Positions 24,556-35,852 of a DNA stretch of 64,000 nucleotides are shown here, piece by piece. Location of the stretch: positions 377,890,001 to 377,954,000 of the forward strand of contig OZ024741.1 in assembly GCA_964016885.1 (NCBI GenBank), written 5' to 3'. The translations under genes and the position numbers were made by a program. The number at the start of each line of letters is the position of its first letter. Position 1 is the first letter of the stretch. The stretch is from Eledone cirrhosa. Lineage: Eukaryota. The notes beneath the pieces were generated by a model. That model did no database searches, was not told the DNA's origin, and worked only from the letters and a program-made list of their open reading frames with translations.

Positions 24556-27368
24556 GTAGACCTGGCAAGAGATGCTGGTTACGAACATATTACTAGAAGC
24601 TGAAAATATCGTTTCCGTCACGTAAAGATTACAAGGACCGGGTCACTAATTTAGTTAATTAAAAGTTGACGGGGACATGGGTCGTCAACAACATGTGGAT
24701 AAGATTATTATCGATAAGAGATTATTATTGATAAAAGTTAGTGATGACCTAGCGTTAGAGAAAGGTAGAAAGGAGGGGAGAAGGTATCTAAATTAGACGA
24801 GGTTACTTGTATTGGCATTGCCAGGGCGATAATGATAGTAAAACAACTCTTCAATGCGAATTCAGAAGATTGCATTGTCAGAATTAAGGTACGTGCACGG
24901 CAAAATGAGGACAAAAAGGTGTTCGTTGGGTGCACGTGGCAGCGGCGCAACGCGGTAACAAAACAAAATTTCTGTCGTTGACAGACCAAAACGAACCCGG
25001 TTTCCCGGCCGATGTTTGAAGCCTTCGTCAGTACTTTGCACAGCTATTCGGACGTAGCGAGAGCCGAAGATGGTGGAGTATTTTAGTTCCTACATCGATT
25101 GCCAACTGCGCTATTCGCCAGTCGATGCTTAACGCTGCGAATATCCGATAAGTTCAGCTGAGTCTCGGGATGGCCTAGTCGGCTTCACGATGCGGGACTC
25201 ACCCGTTTTTGATGTACTGACCTACCAGCATTACGTAAATATGCCATATTTGTTCTCTGATCTCGAAGTGCTCTAATGCAAATGGCAGCAAAACGGAGCT
25301 ATTCCCAGGTCTGTGACGCTGCTAAATACATGTTTTTTGGCGAACAGGTTGGCACTAGTCGATGATGTTGTAGGGTGGGCGCAAATATGTGCAATCCCGA
25401 CCATGCTCTGTCACGTCAATACTTCCCTCATGCGATACATTGAAAATAGGATAAACCGTAAACTTGGATTCTGTGGGACATTTTTGATGAATTGAAAGCT
25501 TTCGAGAGGGTCGACCTTCGATATCTGAAATCTGTCTATAATGTAGCAGTCTTCGTTCCCGTCTTGAGAGGCTGGATCTCTGTAATGCATAGCGACGTAT
25601 GCTAGGTGGGCAAAGTTAATGACCAGCTTTCAAAATAGTTTCAGATCTCACGATATATCCGTCAATGGTGTCTCCATTTCATCCTCGTGTATTTATTGTC
25701 CCTGGTGCCTTTACTGCGGAAGCTGGAGCTGTTGCATGGATTCTAGCTTCAACCAGGACATGGAAAGGGTGCCTCGGCATATGCAGACGACAACAACATA
25801 ATAGTGTGAAACACCTCGGTGAACGAGGTGGTCGGCATCTACTTGTAGGAATATGACAGGTTGACGGGAGTAAATCTAAACTCGGAAAAGTCGGTAGGCT
25901 TGCAGCTCGGCACCGTTAGAAGCAAGTCTTTGCATTTCAACTGAGTCGTCGGAGGTTTGACGGATGGACAGGTAAAGATAATCGAGTATTGTTTCGGATC
26001 GGATCTCGATGTCGATAACAATTCGGACGTGGTAACGTTCAGGGTAACCACTATGAGACACAAATAGGCTGAGAGGAAGCTGTCCCTAAAAGGTCGGTTG
26101 GAGGAAAAGTTGTATATCGCATCAGTCATCTATTACCGCCTGACCGGTGTGCCTTACCCCCGTTCACACCTCAGCAAATTATTGTGGAGGTGAGATGTTA
26201 CGTTAGTGATGTACTCCATTTGCTGCCAGCACGTTCTACGAAGAGGCCTTGGCATCGAGTCGATGATGATGTGCAAACATGCTCTGAGGCTGTGGCACCC
26301 CAAGATACTCTGCTTCAAATGTTAACAGGTGTGGTTAACTTTTGCGAGACAAGCCTTTCCGCAGCTCGTATCATTGACTGGGCTGCAGGCATGAGTCGAA
26401 AAGAACCCGAGTCTGGGCGCTTGACATCTGGAATGTTGCCAGGCACTCACTGCCCTCTACCAGGCGGGAAATGTGGTCAAGTTCTCTAGAGGATTAGTTG
26501 TGGACATGTTCCACGACGCACTTCAAGAAGCTTTGGTCGTCTACGAAGTCGAACTTACTTGTCTGTTTCGGGGGATTTTCGAGCAGGTAACTATGGATAA
26601 CAATCAGAATTCCCTCGCTTTTGCAGCCTACCGTTGCCACTGCCGGTTCGCGATAAACTCTACACACATGGACATGTTGTCAGACGGATCTACCAGAGAT
26701 GCACGCAGAACAACAAAACCGTTCTGCATGTATTAGTCTAGTGTCCGTGCATTAATGTCTTGTGAATTTCAGTCGAACAGCTTTTGTCGCATTTAGGAAG
26801 GTTTACGCTATTGACCGTGTCTACAGTGAAGACCACCCAGTCTCCTTCTATTTGACCGGGAAGGGCAGACAATTTTACCCTGTCTGGTAGTTGTAAAGTA
26901 AGATGACATGTGGTGGACCATGTTGAAAGGACTGAAGACAGACACTTTTCACTTCGCCGATCCTTCATAAACTCTTTCAAGTTTCATTTGGAAAGAGAGG
27001 TTTGGGTGGAGAGAGAAGTGCTGCTCCCCAGTTTATTTGCTAATTGGTAGATGCATGTTGCAAGATTGGTCACAGTAAATGGGCCTAGATTATGCATACA
27101 ACTGTAGGCTGGCGGATTTAAGGAGGAGTGAGATTCCCTTTCCGGGTGCTCTAGAAGCTTCGGGTGGTTCAGAACAGGTGTGGAACCTGACTAACCCTGG
27201 GTGGTTATCCCCACTATTGAGGAACTTCTGATATTTTTTTAATTTTCTTGTTTATTTCTTTCTTTTTGTTTTCATATATTTTTACTCGATTTGTGTTTAA
27301 AGCCCCCACTATCGCCGTCTATTGTGTTATCTCCTATATGTCGGCCCTTGTGGCCGATAAATGAAACC
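24556..27368 (+). mobile_element. old 5'-truncated Tx1-like element (third subfamily)
   Basis: Colinear with ORF2 of families A and B (AQICAIP, KAFERVD, GCATATGCAGACGAC = AYADD, AERKLSLKGR) and with their 3' UTR; ends GGCCCTTGTGGCCGATAAATGAAACC. Confidence 0.85.
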
Positions 27369-27375
27369 GTAAATT

Positions 27376-27383
27376 AGTAATTA

Positions 27384-27478
<95 letters not shown>

Positions 27479-27575
27479 ATAGTAGTAGCAGTAGTAGTAG
27501 TAGTAGTAGTAGTAGCAGTAGTAGTAGTAGTAGTAGTAATGGTAGTAGTAGTAGTAATATTTGGAGTAGTAGTAG
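27376..27575 (+). repeat. (AGT)n/(AGC)n microsatellite
   Basis: Read directly from the sequence. Confidence 0.95.
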
Positions 27576-27635
27576 TTATGTTTGGTGTTTGTGTTCTCTT
27601 TACATTCTTATTATAATTAGTATTATGAGCGTTGA

Positions 27636-27795
27636 TGATTGGCAGAATCGTTAGAGTGTCAGAGTAAATGGTTTATTGGACTTAGTTACCTTTCATCCTT
27701 CAGAGTTTGATAAAATATAGAGCAAGTCAAGTACTGGTTTCGTTATGATCTATTTTATATTTCCTCAAAAATTGGAGATCGTGTGCATTAATTAT
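27636..27795 (+). mobile_element. decayed, internally deleted SINE copy
   Basis: TTGGCAGAATCGTTAGAG..CCTTTCATCCTT..GATAAAAT. Confidence 0.55.
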
Positions 27796-28742
27796 TTTAT
27801 GAGAAAACACTTTCAAATAAATATGTCTCTAAGAGCTAAATCTTCCAATATAGTGGATGTCTCTATATATCAGGGAAAATTTACGTCATTACTATGTTAC
27901 ATAAAATATTATTTCTGTATACATTCGATTGTAAATACCTGCAGGAATATCAGCACACAAACAAAGAATGGGACAAAGAGAATCAAGTTTAATTATAAAG
28001 AAAATTATATTATCAACAACTAGAAAGAAGAACAAATATCCATCACTGTTTTGAGAGAAGACATTGACCATCATTAATAAATACCTAATGATAGTGTTAT
28101 CAAGGACAATGACTACAGAAACTTATACATTTAGACACAATATACGTTACATGAAAAAGCTATTAAACATATAGAGTTTTATTCACTAACGTAACCGATG
28201 CCAAATATGGCATTCAGCATTATTTTAAGATTATTGGCATTGTTATGTGACAGGGAATGGTGCATGTTTAAACGAACTCTCCACCCTAAATCGACGAAAT
28301 ATAATAATCAGCAACCTATGGCTTTCCAATAGGGATGTTGGTCCCAAAAGGAAAAGTGGTGTTACATACGGTTGAACTGGTTTCATGGGCAAAATGTAAT
28401 TCCACAATAGCATTTTAATGCTGAGTGAAAATGTTAATGAGATTGGCCATGTCTCATCGATAGTTGGTTTGTACCATCCAAACTACTAGTGAATGGCGAT
28501 ATAAAAGGTAAGGTGGGTTATCATGTGATATGTTATCTTAAACCGAACAAATGATAAAGGTGACATCCATGATTTGTTCCCAGTTGCAACATGGAGTGAA
28601 ACCAATAAGATTAAGGATGTATGGCAAGAATGTATCTTATCAATATGTGTCTGTCAAAGAACATTTGACGACATTCTGTGTGGAAGAAGTAAGAAGAAGA
28701 TGAAAAGTGAAATGCAAAACGGTTGTTTTGCTGCATATCGAT

Positions 28743-28743
<1 letters not shown>

Positions 28744-28791
<48 letters not shown>

Positions 28792-28793
28792 CG

Positions 28794-28830
<37 letters not shown>
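28744..28830. repeat. (CA)n(TA)n microsatellite
   Basis: Read directly from the sequence. Confidence 0.95.
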
Positions 28831-29127
28831 GAAATGTATTGTATAATTCATATGCCTAGCACACAACGTAATATGTACATTAACTAGAACCCTTGGCACT
28901 TATGTTATGCAAATTAGTACTTCCATTTTAGGATCCTTCTAGTCCTCAGTGAAATATGCATAACGGAGTTTGAAATAAACCTGAATCAACTGATTATGTC
29001 TCTGGACCTTTAATAATAAATAGGGCCGCGGCGGCCCCATTTATAAACGTCTCTGATCGCTTCTTTTTGTCTGCTTCACAATAGAGAGGTCATAATGTGG
29101 TGCTCCTCGTTTAACGCTATATTCTAA

Positions 29128-29149
29128 TTATATATATATATATATATAA

Positions 29150-29248
<99 letters not shown>

Positions 29249-29587
29249 GTTATGTAATAAACAACATAAGGCAATTATTTCTTAAAAGTTTCTTAAAAGC
29301 AAAAAAACATCAGAATGAAAAAATCCTGGTCTATTTATTGGTGTTGGATTTTAAAAACAAAACTATAATCTATATGAAGGTGAGGCTGGAATAGGAATAA
29401 GGAAAGGAAAAATAAAAACACAAATGCAAACACACACAAACACACACAAATATATACATACACATATATATACATACACAGATACATACACATACACACA
29501 TAAATATCAACATATCCATACATACAGATACATACAAATACACAAACGTGCATACACACACACACACACACACTCACATAATGCATA

Positions 29588-29643
<56 letters not shown>

Positions 29644-30057
29644 AACATACATACATATACACACACACATATATGTATATATATATATATATACACATAC
29701 ATATACATACATATATACATAGACATACATACATACACACAATCATACGTATATACACACGTACATACATACGCATACATACACACACCTACATACTCAC
29801 ACACAAATAAATATAAGAAAAAATATATAATAATAAAAAATAAAAATGAATATAAAGATTATTATAGTGTTGACAGCGATACAGGCAACAAATAAATGAA
29901 CAAACACACGTGGTAAGCAATACACACAAATGCCCGTACACATACATACGTAAAAATAAATACATACACACACTCTCATACATAAATATACATATACAAA
30001 TACATAAACACATACATACGCATACACATATACATACACACACACATATACATATAT

Positions 30058-30101
<44 letters not shown>
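29128..30101. repeat. (TA)n / TA-CA low-complexity region
   Basis: Read directly; source of the spurious YI/CV/HT ORFs. Confidence 0.9.
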
Positions 30102-30102
<1 letters not shown>

Positions 30103-30104
<2 letters not shown>

Positions 30105-30307
30105 GGAACGAGTAGGACCCCGACGGCTGAGCTCAAGCCGTTTCGACGGCTAATTCTGGAATGAATTAGCCGTCCAGAATTAGCCGTCGAAACGGCTTGA
30201 GCTCAGCCATCGGGGTCCTACTCGTTCTTATTACCCACTCTACTACCCTAAGTATTGAGTACTTTGGTGCGTTATGGTCCACCTGGTTCCTTACCACATT
30301 TCCTTCG

Positions 30308-30309
<2 letters not shown>
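30103..30309. mobile_element. palindromic Penelope pLTR-like remnant within (TA)n
   Basis: 58-bp inverted arms; its two ends match 56791-56836 and 57402-57478. Confidence 0.55.
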
Positions 30310-30363
<54 letters not shown>

Positions 30364-30484
30364 ATACACATATACACATATATATATACATACATATCAC
30401 AAACACATACATACAAATACAAACACACATATGTGTGTAAAACTCATTCTTAGATAATTCATATGAACCTTGTTTAACTCCAAA

Positions 30485-30517
<33 letters not shown>

Positions 30518-31132
30518 TGTGTGTATATATATATACTTTCTGTATTCAATAGACAATCTGAATTCTGACACCCCAGCCAACTAACCATATTCACTGAACT
30601 AGAACAATTCTCCCATCCAATTTCTCTTGACGATTATCATTTGCTTGTCATAAAATTTTCTAAAAAGGCTACATAATAGATTTCCAAATAAGGGCTCGAA
30701 AATTTAATGAAAACCTTGTTTACGTGACAGCCATAATTTAATTTATAACCAATCAAATTACGTTTATTTAAAAAAAAAGCCTTCGTGATCCCCCTTCTTT
30801 TTAAGTAAAAAAAAATTAAAACACTCATATATGAAAAAAACGACCTGCGTGTGTGTCCCCCCCCCCTTGTTCGAAGAACTTTGTAACGCGAACTGCCACG
30901 AAATTTATAATAATTATTGACCCAACCAATCAAATTACTTCTCTAAAAACCTGGCATTTCGAGCCACTTTTTTCCATATAAAACAAGGAACATTCAGAGA
31001 CCAACCAGATGTGAGAAAAACCACAGACCCTCCATCTCAACTCTACGTTTGAAAAGCAGAAGGACTGCGAAACCGGTAAAGGAAGCAAATAAATATATAT
31101 ATTTTTTTTAAAATATGTCTCCAGCTGCATTT

Positions 31133-31214
<82 letters not shown>

Positions 31215-31953
31215 GAGAGAGAGAGAGACCTCTACATTACAATATTATTAACTGTCTAGATTAAATATGTTAGTGCAATTAGCATTTGTTATAGCAGATT
31301 AATTAACCTTTAACACAAGTATTATTTCATATATGCATTAGAGATAATTTACTGATAGAAGACTCTATTTCACATTATGTAGCATGTGTTTATTACCAGT
31401 AATATTTACTTTCAGTCACCTCGACAATGGGAATGTCCTCACCTCTTTCTAAATAAATGCATAACATATTTCATTTGTCGTAATTTCTTAAAGTCCATGC
31501 TTTAACTGGAATATTAAGCCGTTGAATTGACAGAGCAGTTAGACCGTCGGGTTGAATGATTTGTGTTATTCCTTTCGATTGGCTGCACAACATGTTCATA
31601 TCCCATAATGATCATTTTGGCCTTACATCATTTTGAGATCGGTAAATAAAGAGCTAGTCCAGTATTAGGGTTGAATCCTCCTCTATGAGTTTCTCACTTC
31701 CTGTCTATCACAACCTGGCATTCTCTGGAAGGAGTCTGTAGAGGATAGGATCCACCAGGTGTAAACGGTTTCCATTAAAGGATGTGTGCCACCCTGTGCT
31801 TTTACGATTAGTGGATGGAGATATTTTGTTGTGTAATAAGGCAAGCAGGTTGAATCGGTTTTAGGAAAATTATGCAAAATCGACCATTGCCCAAATTTGC
31901 GAGAGCTTATATATTTCATGAAACATTTCCAAAGAGAACGTGGCATACAAATA

Positions 31954-32748
31954 TGAATTGGCAAGCGTTTTACATGTAGTAGGGACGTAAGTCAGATTGG
32001 GCTAACATATAGTATGATTTCTGTAGAAAAACAATTGTGGCAAGCATTTAAAGAGGGAACCCCGTAGCGAGAATCAGTACATAGAAACATATGCTTACAA
32101 TTGCAGCTTATAAATGTTTAAAATTTAGAAATAGAAGTAATTTCACAAACATTGTTAGAGTTCTTGAAATGATATGGAGCCCCAATAGGTATTTGGTTGT
32201 AGTATGTTTGAGATAGAAATAATTAGATGACCTTTTCTGTGAGCTATTTAGAATTTACATATATTCTCGAATATATATTAAATTGGATTCGATTCTGACT
32301 CACAATTAAACATTATAATCGTCTTACCTACAGTCATTCAGCGCTCAAACAAGAATGACTGTAGGTAAGATAAGTTGTTGACGATTATAATGTTTAATTG
32401 TGAGTCAGAATCGAATCAAATATAATATATATTCGAGAATATATGTTAATTTTTTAAATTCTAAATAGCACACTGAAAAGGTCATCTAATTAGTTCTATC
32501 TCAAACATACTACAACCAAATACCTATTGGGGCTCCATATCATTTCAGAAACTCTAACAATGTTTGTGAAATTACTTCTACTTTAAATTCTAAACATTTA
32601 TAAGTTGAATGTTTGCGTATATGTTTCTATGTACTGATTCTCGCTTCAGAGTTCCCTCTTTAAACGCTTCCCACAATTGTTCCTCCCAATCTGACTTGGG
32701 TCCCTACTACATGTAAGACGCTTGCCAATTCAGAGCTCAAACAAGAAT
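31954..32748. repeat. ~380-bp inverted duplication (fold-back)
   Basis: 31954-32339 is the reverse complement of 32353-32732. Confidence 0.9.
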
Positions 32749-34624
32749 TTTAACCAGTTCAATGATAGTTTGGGATAAATGGAGAACCTATGTTTCAAAT
32801 GAATGTTTATACTTATGTGTATTTTTCATTTGCATAGAGCTTCTTGAGAGTTTATTGATTCGGTACTGATTACGTAGTTTAGTGGGTAAAAAAGGACAAC
32901 TTAAAACACGTTATGCAATCTCCATAATGAAATATCTTCATATGCGTCTGAGTACAGATCAATGCAAATCTGCATGGGTGCTTTTAGAAGAAAATTTAAA
33001 CAACTGAATTTGAAACTAGAAACACTTAATATTTTCTGTTTCTTGTTTATAGGTGATTTTTATTTTATATTTGAGACTATCTTAAAGATCCCGATAATGT
33101 TACTATTACTGTTGGTTTACATCCACCATAATATGATTATCCTGCATTTGTTGTTACCCTGTTAGGAATCGATAATTTTGTTTTCAGAATATTCTATATG
33201 ATGTTTATAGATTTAATTTAACTTATTTTCAAAGTGCATAGTTCTTTTGCTAAACCTTGAATTATTATAATCGTATAATCTGGTATTTGCAATTATTGGT
33301 CATTTACATTTATCAAGAAAGACATTGTCGAATGTACATGTGTTGTTATTAGCAACATATATGTTCCTGAAGAAAAAGGTTATATAATCATCAATCTTAT
33401 GTTTATATCTTTTTGTATTTGGTAGTCATTTTATTTTATCATTCTATACCATCCGCCACTTTTTCTCTGTTATTCCTTTATATTTTCGAAATTCTTAAGA
33501 GAAATCAGAGAAGGTAGATGGAAGCATTATAACGATAAAACCGTCTTATTGTCATAAACATGTCCTCACTTTTAATCGCCATTTCCTTTGAATTGCTATT
33601 TGCCAGTTATTTTTAATTGCATTTGTTTTATAGTTATATTACATTTTATATCTCTTGATATATACCATTAGTAAATGTGCAATTGTGTGTATGCATATGG
33701 TCGAAGATAAAGTGCATGTATGCGCCGATCTGTGCGTCCATTTGTTGTCTGTCTTCAGGTTTTCACATTTCCTTGTTTCACTAATTTTGATTTTTTGGTT
33801 TTTGTATTTTTGAAATAATTGTTTGTGAAATGAATTGTAATCTCAAGCTATTTGGAAAGTTTTATTGCTGACGGTTTTCTACTGTTGGAGGAGAAAAAGC
33901 TGTAATTTTTAATCCGATTAAAATGATGTTTTAAACAGAAAATTTGATTTTATGCCTCCATGTTTTCCATACTCATAGTCTAAGTTTAATCAAAATGTTT
34001 TAGAAAAACTTTGATGAAAGTTTTCAATGTTTTACAACCCCTTAGGAGTAAATAAACTAATTTTAATTCTCCCAGATTAATTGTTATAAAAATTCTGCCT
34101 ATTATTTATAGAGAGCTGACGAGGCAAATTTTTTTATCTTTAGACATTATTACCAAATTTCCCACGAGATGAATATTTGCATTATTCCTTCATATTGTTG
34201 CACAGAATATAGAAGTTATCTGGTGTCCTTAATTATTTGCCAAAGAATTGCGTTCATTTTATAATATAATATATTACAAACTTCTACTTCCTTCTAATGA
34301 TAATAGAACTACCAATAAATATTCCCACTCGTTATCTGACCCCTAGGATCATACTGAAAGCAAATATAATAAAAATACACTATATTGTTATATGGATAGA
34401 ACTTGATTTCCTTTGAAAAAAAAGTTATGGGTAAGGCAAATTTACACAAACTTGACTCTTCATGGTATTTGGTATAATCGACCAGAAGTGTTGCATGTAA
34501 TTGTCCATTATATTCAGTTGCAAACCATTTTGTATTGGAAGTAAAAAGGAAATTAATTCTTTATCAGTAGTTATTCCATTTATGCTTGTTGACTTGCTTT
34601 TGGATATTAACTATATAATCAGTA

Positions 34625-34780
34625 AGGCGGTGAAGAGTCAGAGTCGTTAGATCGTCGGATAGAAATATTTATGGTATTTATTTCGGCTTACTGCTCTCCG
34701 AGGTAAAGTCCTGCTGAAGTCAGCTTTGCCTTTCATCTCTTCTAAATCGATATAACGTACCAGGCAAGTACAGAGGCCGA
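34625..34780 (+). mobile_element. decayed SINE copy
   Basis: AGGCGGTGA..GAGTCGTTAG..CTTTGCCTTTCATC..GTACCAG. Confidence 0.6.
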
Positions 34781-34799
34781 GTTTTTATATATACATATA

Positions 34800-35852
34800 T
34801 ATATATATATCCAAAATTAAATTAAGGGTGTCATGTCAGAGAGAGATGCGCCATATCTACTGTAGAATATGCTCCAAGATTCCAATGAATAGATCCGAGC
34901 ATTTTATATCAACTAGGAATTGATTGTCATATATATATCTAAAATAAACATATGAAACAATCACAGGAAATAATTTGTAAAAGTGTGTAACCACACATAG
35001 CCAGTTAGGTAACTAATTAAAGTTTAACTAGAACTTTAAACATAGATACCTTATAAATTGATTAATCTTCCTTTTATATATTTCATTAAAGAAATATATT
35101 TCACCATTAATCGATCGGTAAACCACATTAGCCAAAATCCGTATTTTCAACAAGGGAGAATATCTAACTATCTGTGTTTACACAGCACATTCAAATATGC
35201 GAATTACTAGCAGCACGTGTTGCGTTTTTTTTAAAATACACACATCGTACCTGTGATTGTTTTATGTGTTTATTATATATATATATGTCAATCAATTCCT
35301 AGTTGATATAAAATGCTCGGATCTATTCATTGGAATTTTGGAGCATATTCTACAGTGGACATGGCGCATGTCTTTCTGACATGACACCATTAATTTAATT
35401 TTGGATATATACACGGCCCCTTAATTGTAGAGCTAACTCAGTTGAAAGGACTCGGCTGCTATTTTTTAGTTATCGATAACTCTATTCACGCCACTGGGAT
35501 GAAGCTGGTACGATGTGTGTATTTAAAAGAAATGCCACACGTGCTGCCAGTCATTCGCAGATTTGAATTTGCTGTGTAAAAGCAGATAGTTGGATCTTCT
35601 CCCTTATTGAAAATTGGGAATTTGGCTACTGTGGTTTACCGATGGATTAAGGGTGAAATATATTTCTTTAATGAAATATATACAAGGAAAATTAATCAAT
35701 TGATAAGGTATCCATTTTTAAAGTTCGAGTTAAACTTTAATTAATTACCTACCTGGCTATGTGTGCTGACACACTTTTACAAATGTTTCCCCGTGATTGT
35801 TTCATATGTTTATTTTAGATATATATAAGTCAATCTATTCCTCGTTGATATA
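34800..35852. repeat. complex inverted repeat A-B-A'-C-B'
   Basis: 35249-35411 is the reverse complement of ~34803-34968; 35507-35852 is the reverse complement of ~34905-35250. Confidence 0.85.

Noticed and set aside
29010-29052. 12-bp hairpin followed by TAAAC as a hammerhead relic
   Set aside because: Core nucleotides are too degenerate to call.
28611-30594. Many ORFs rich in YI/CV/HT (also at 41-42 kb, 45.6 kb, 46.8 kb, 54.3 kb and 56.6 kb)
   Set aside because: Translations of (TA)n/(CA)n microsatellites.
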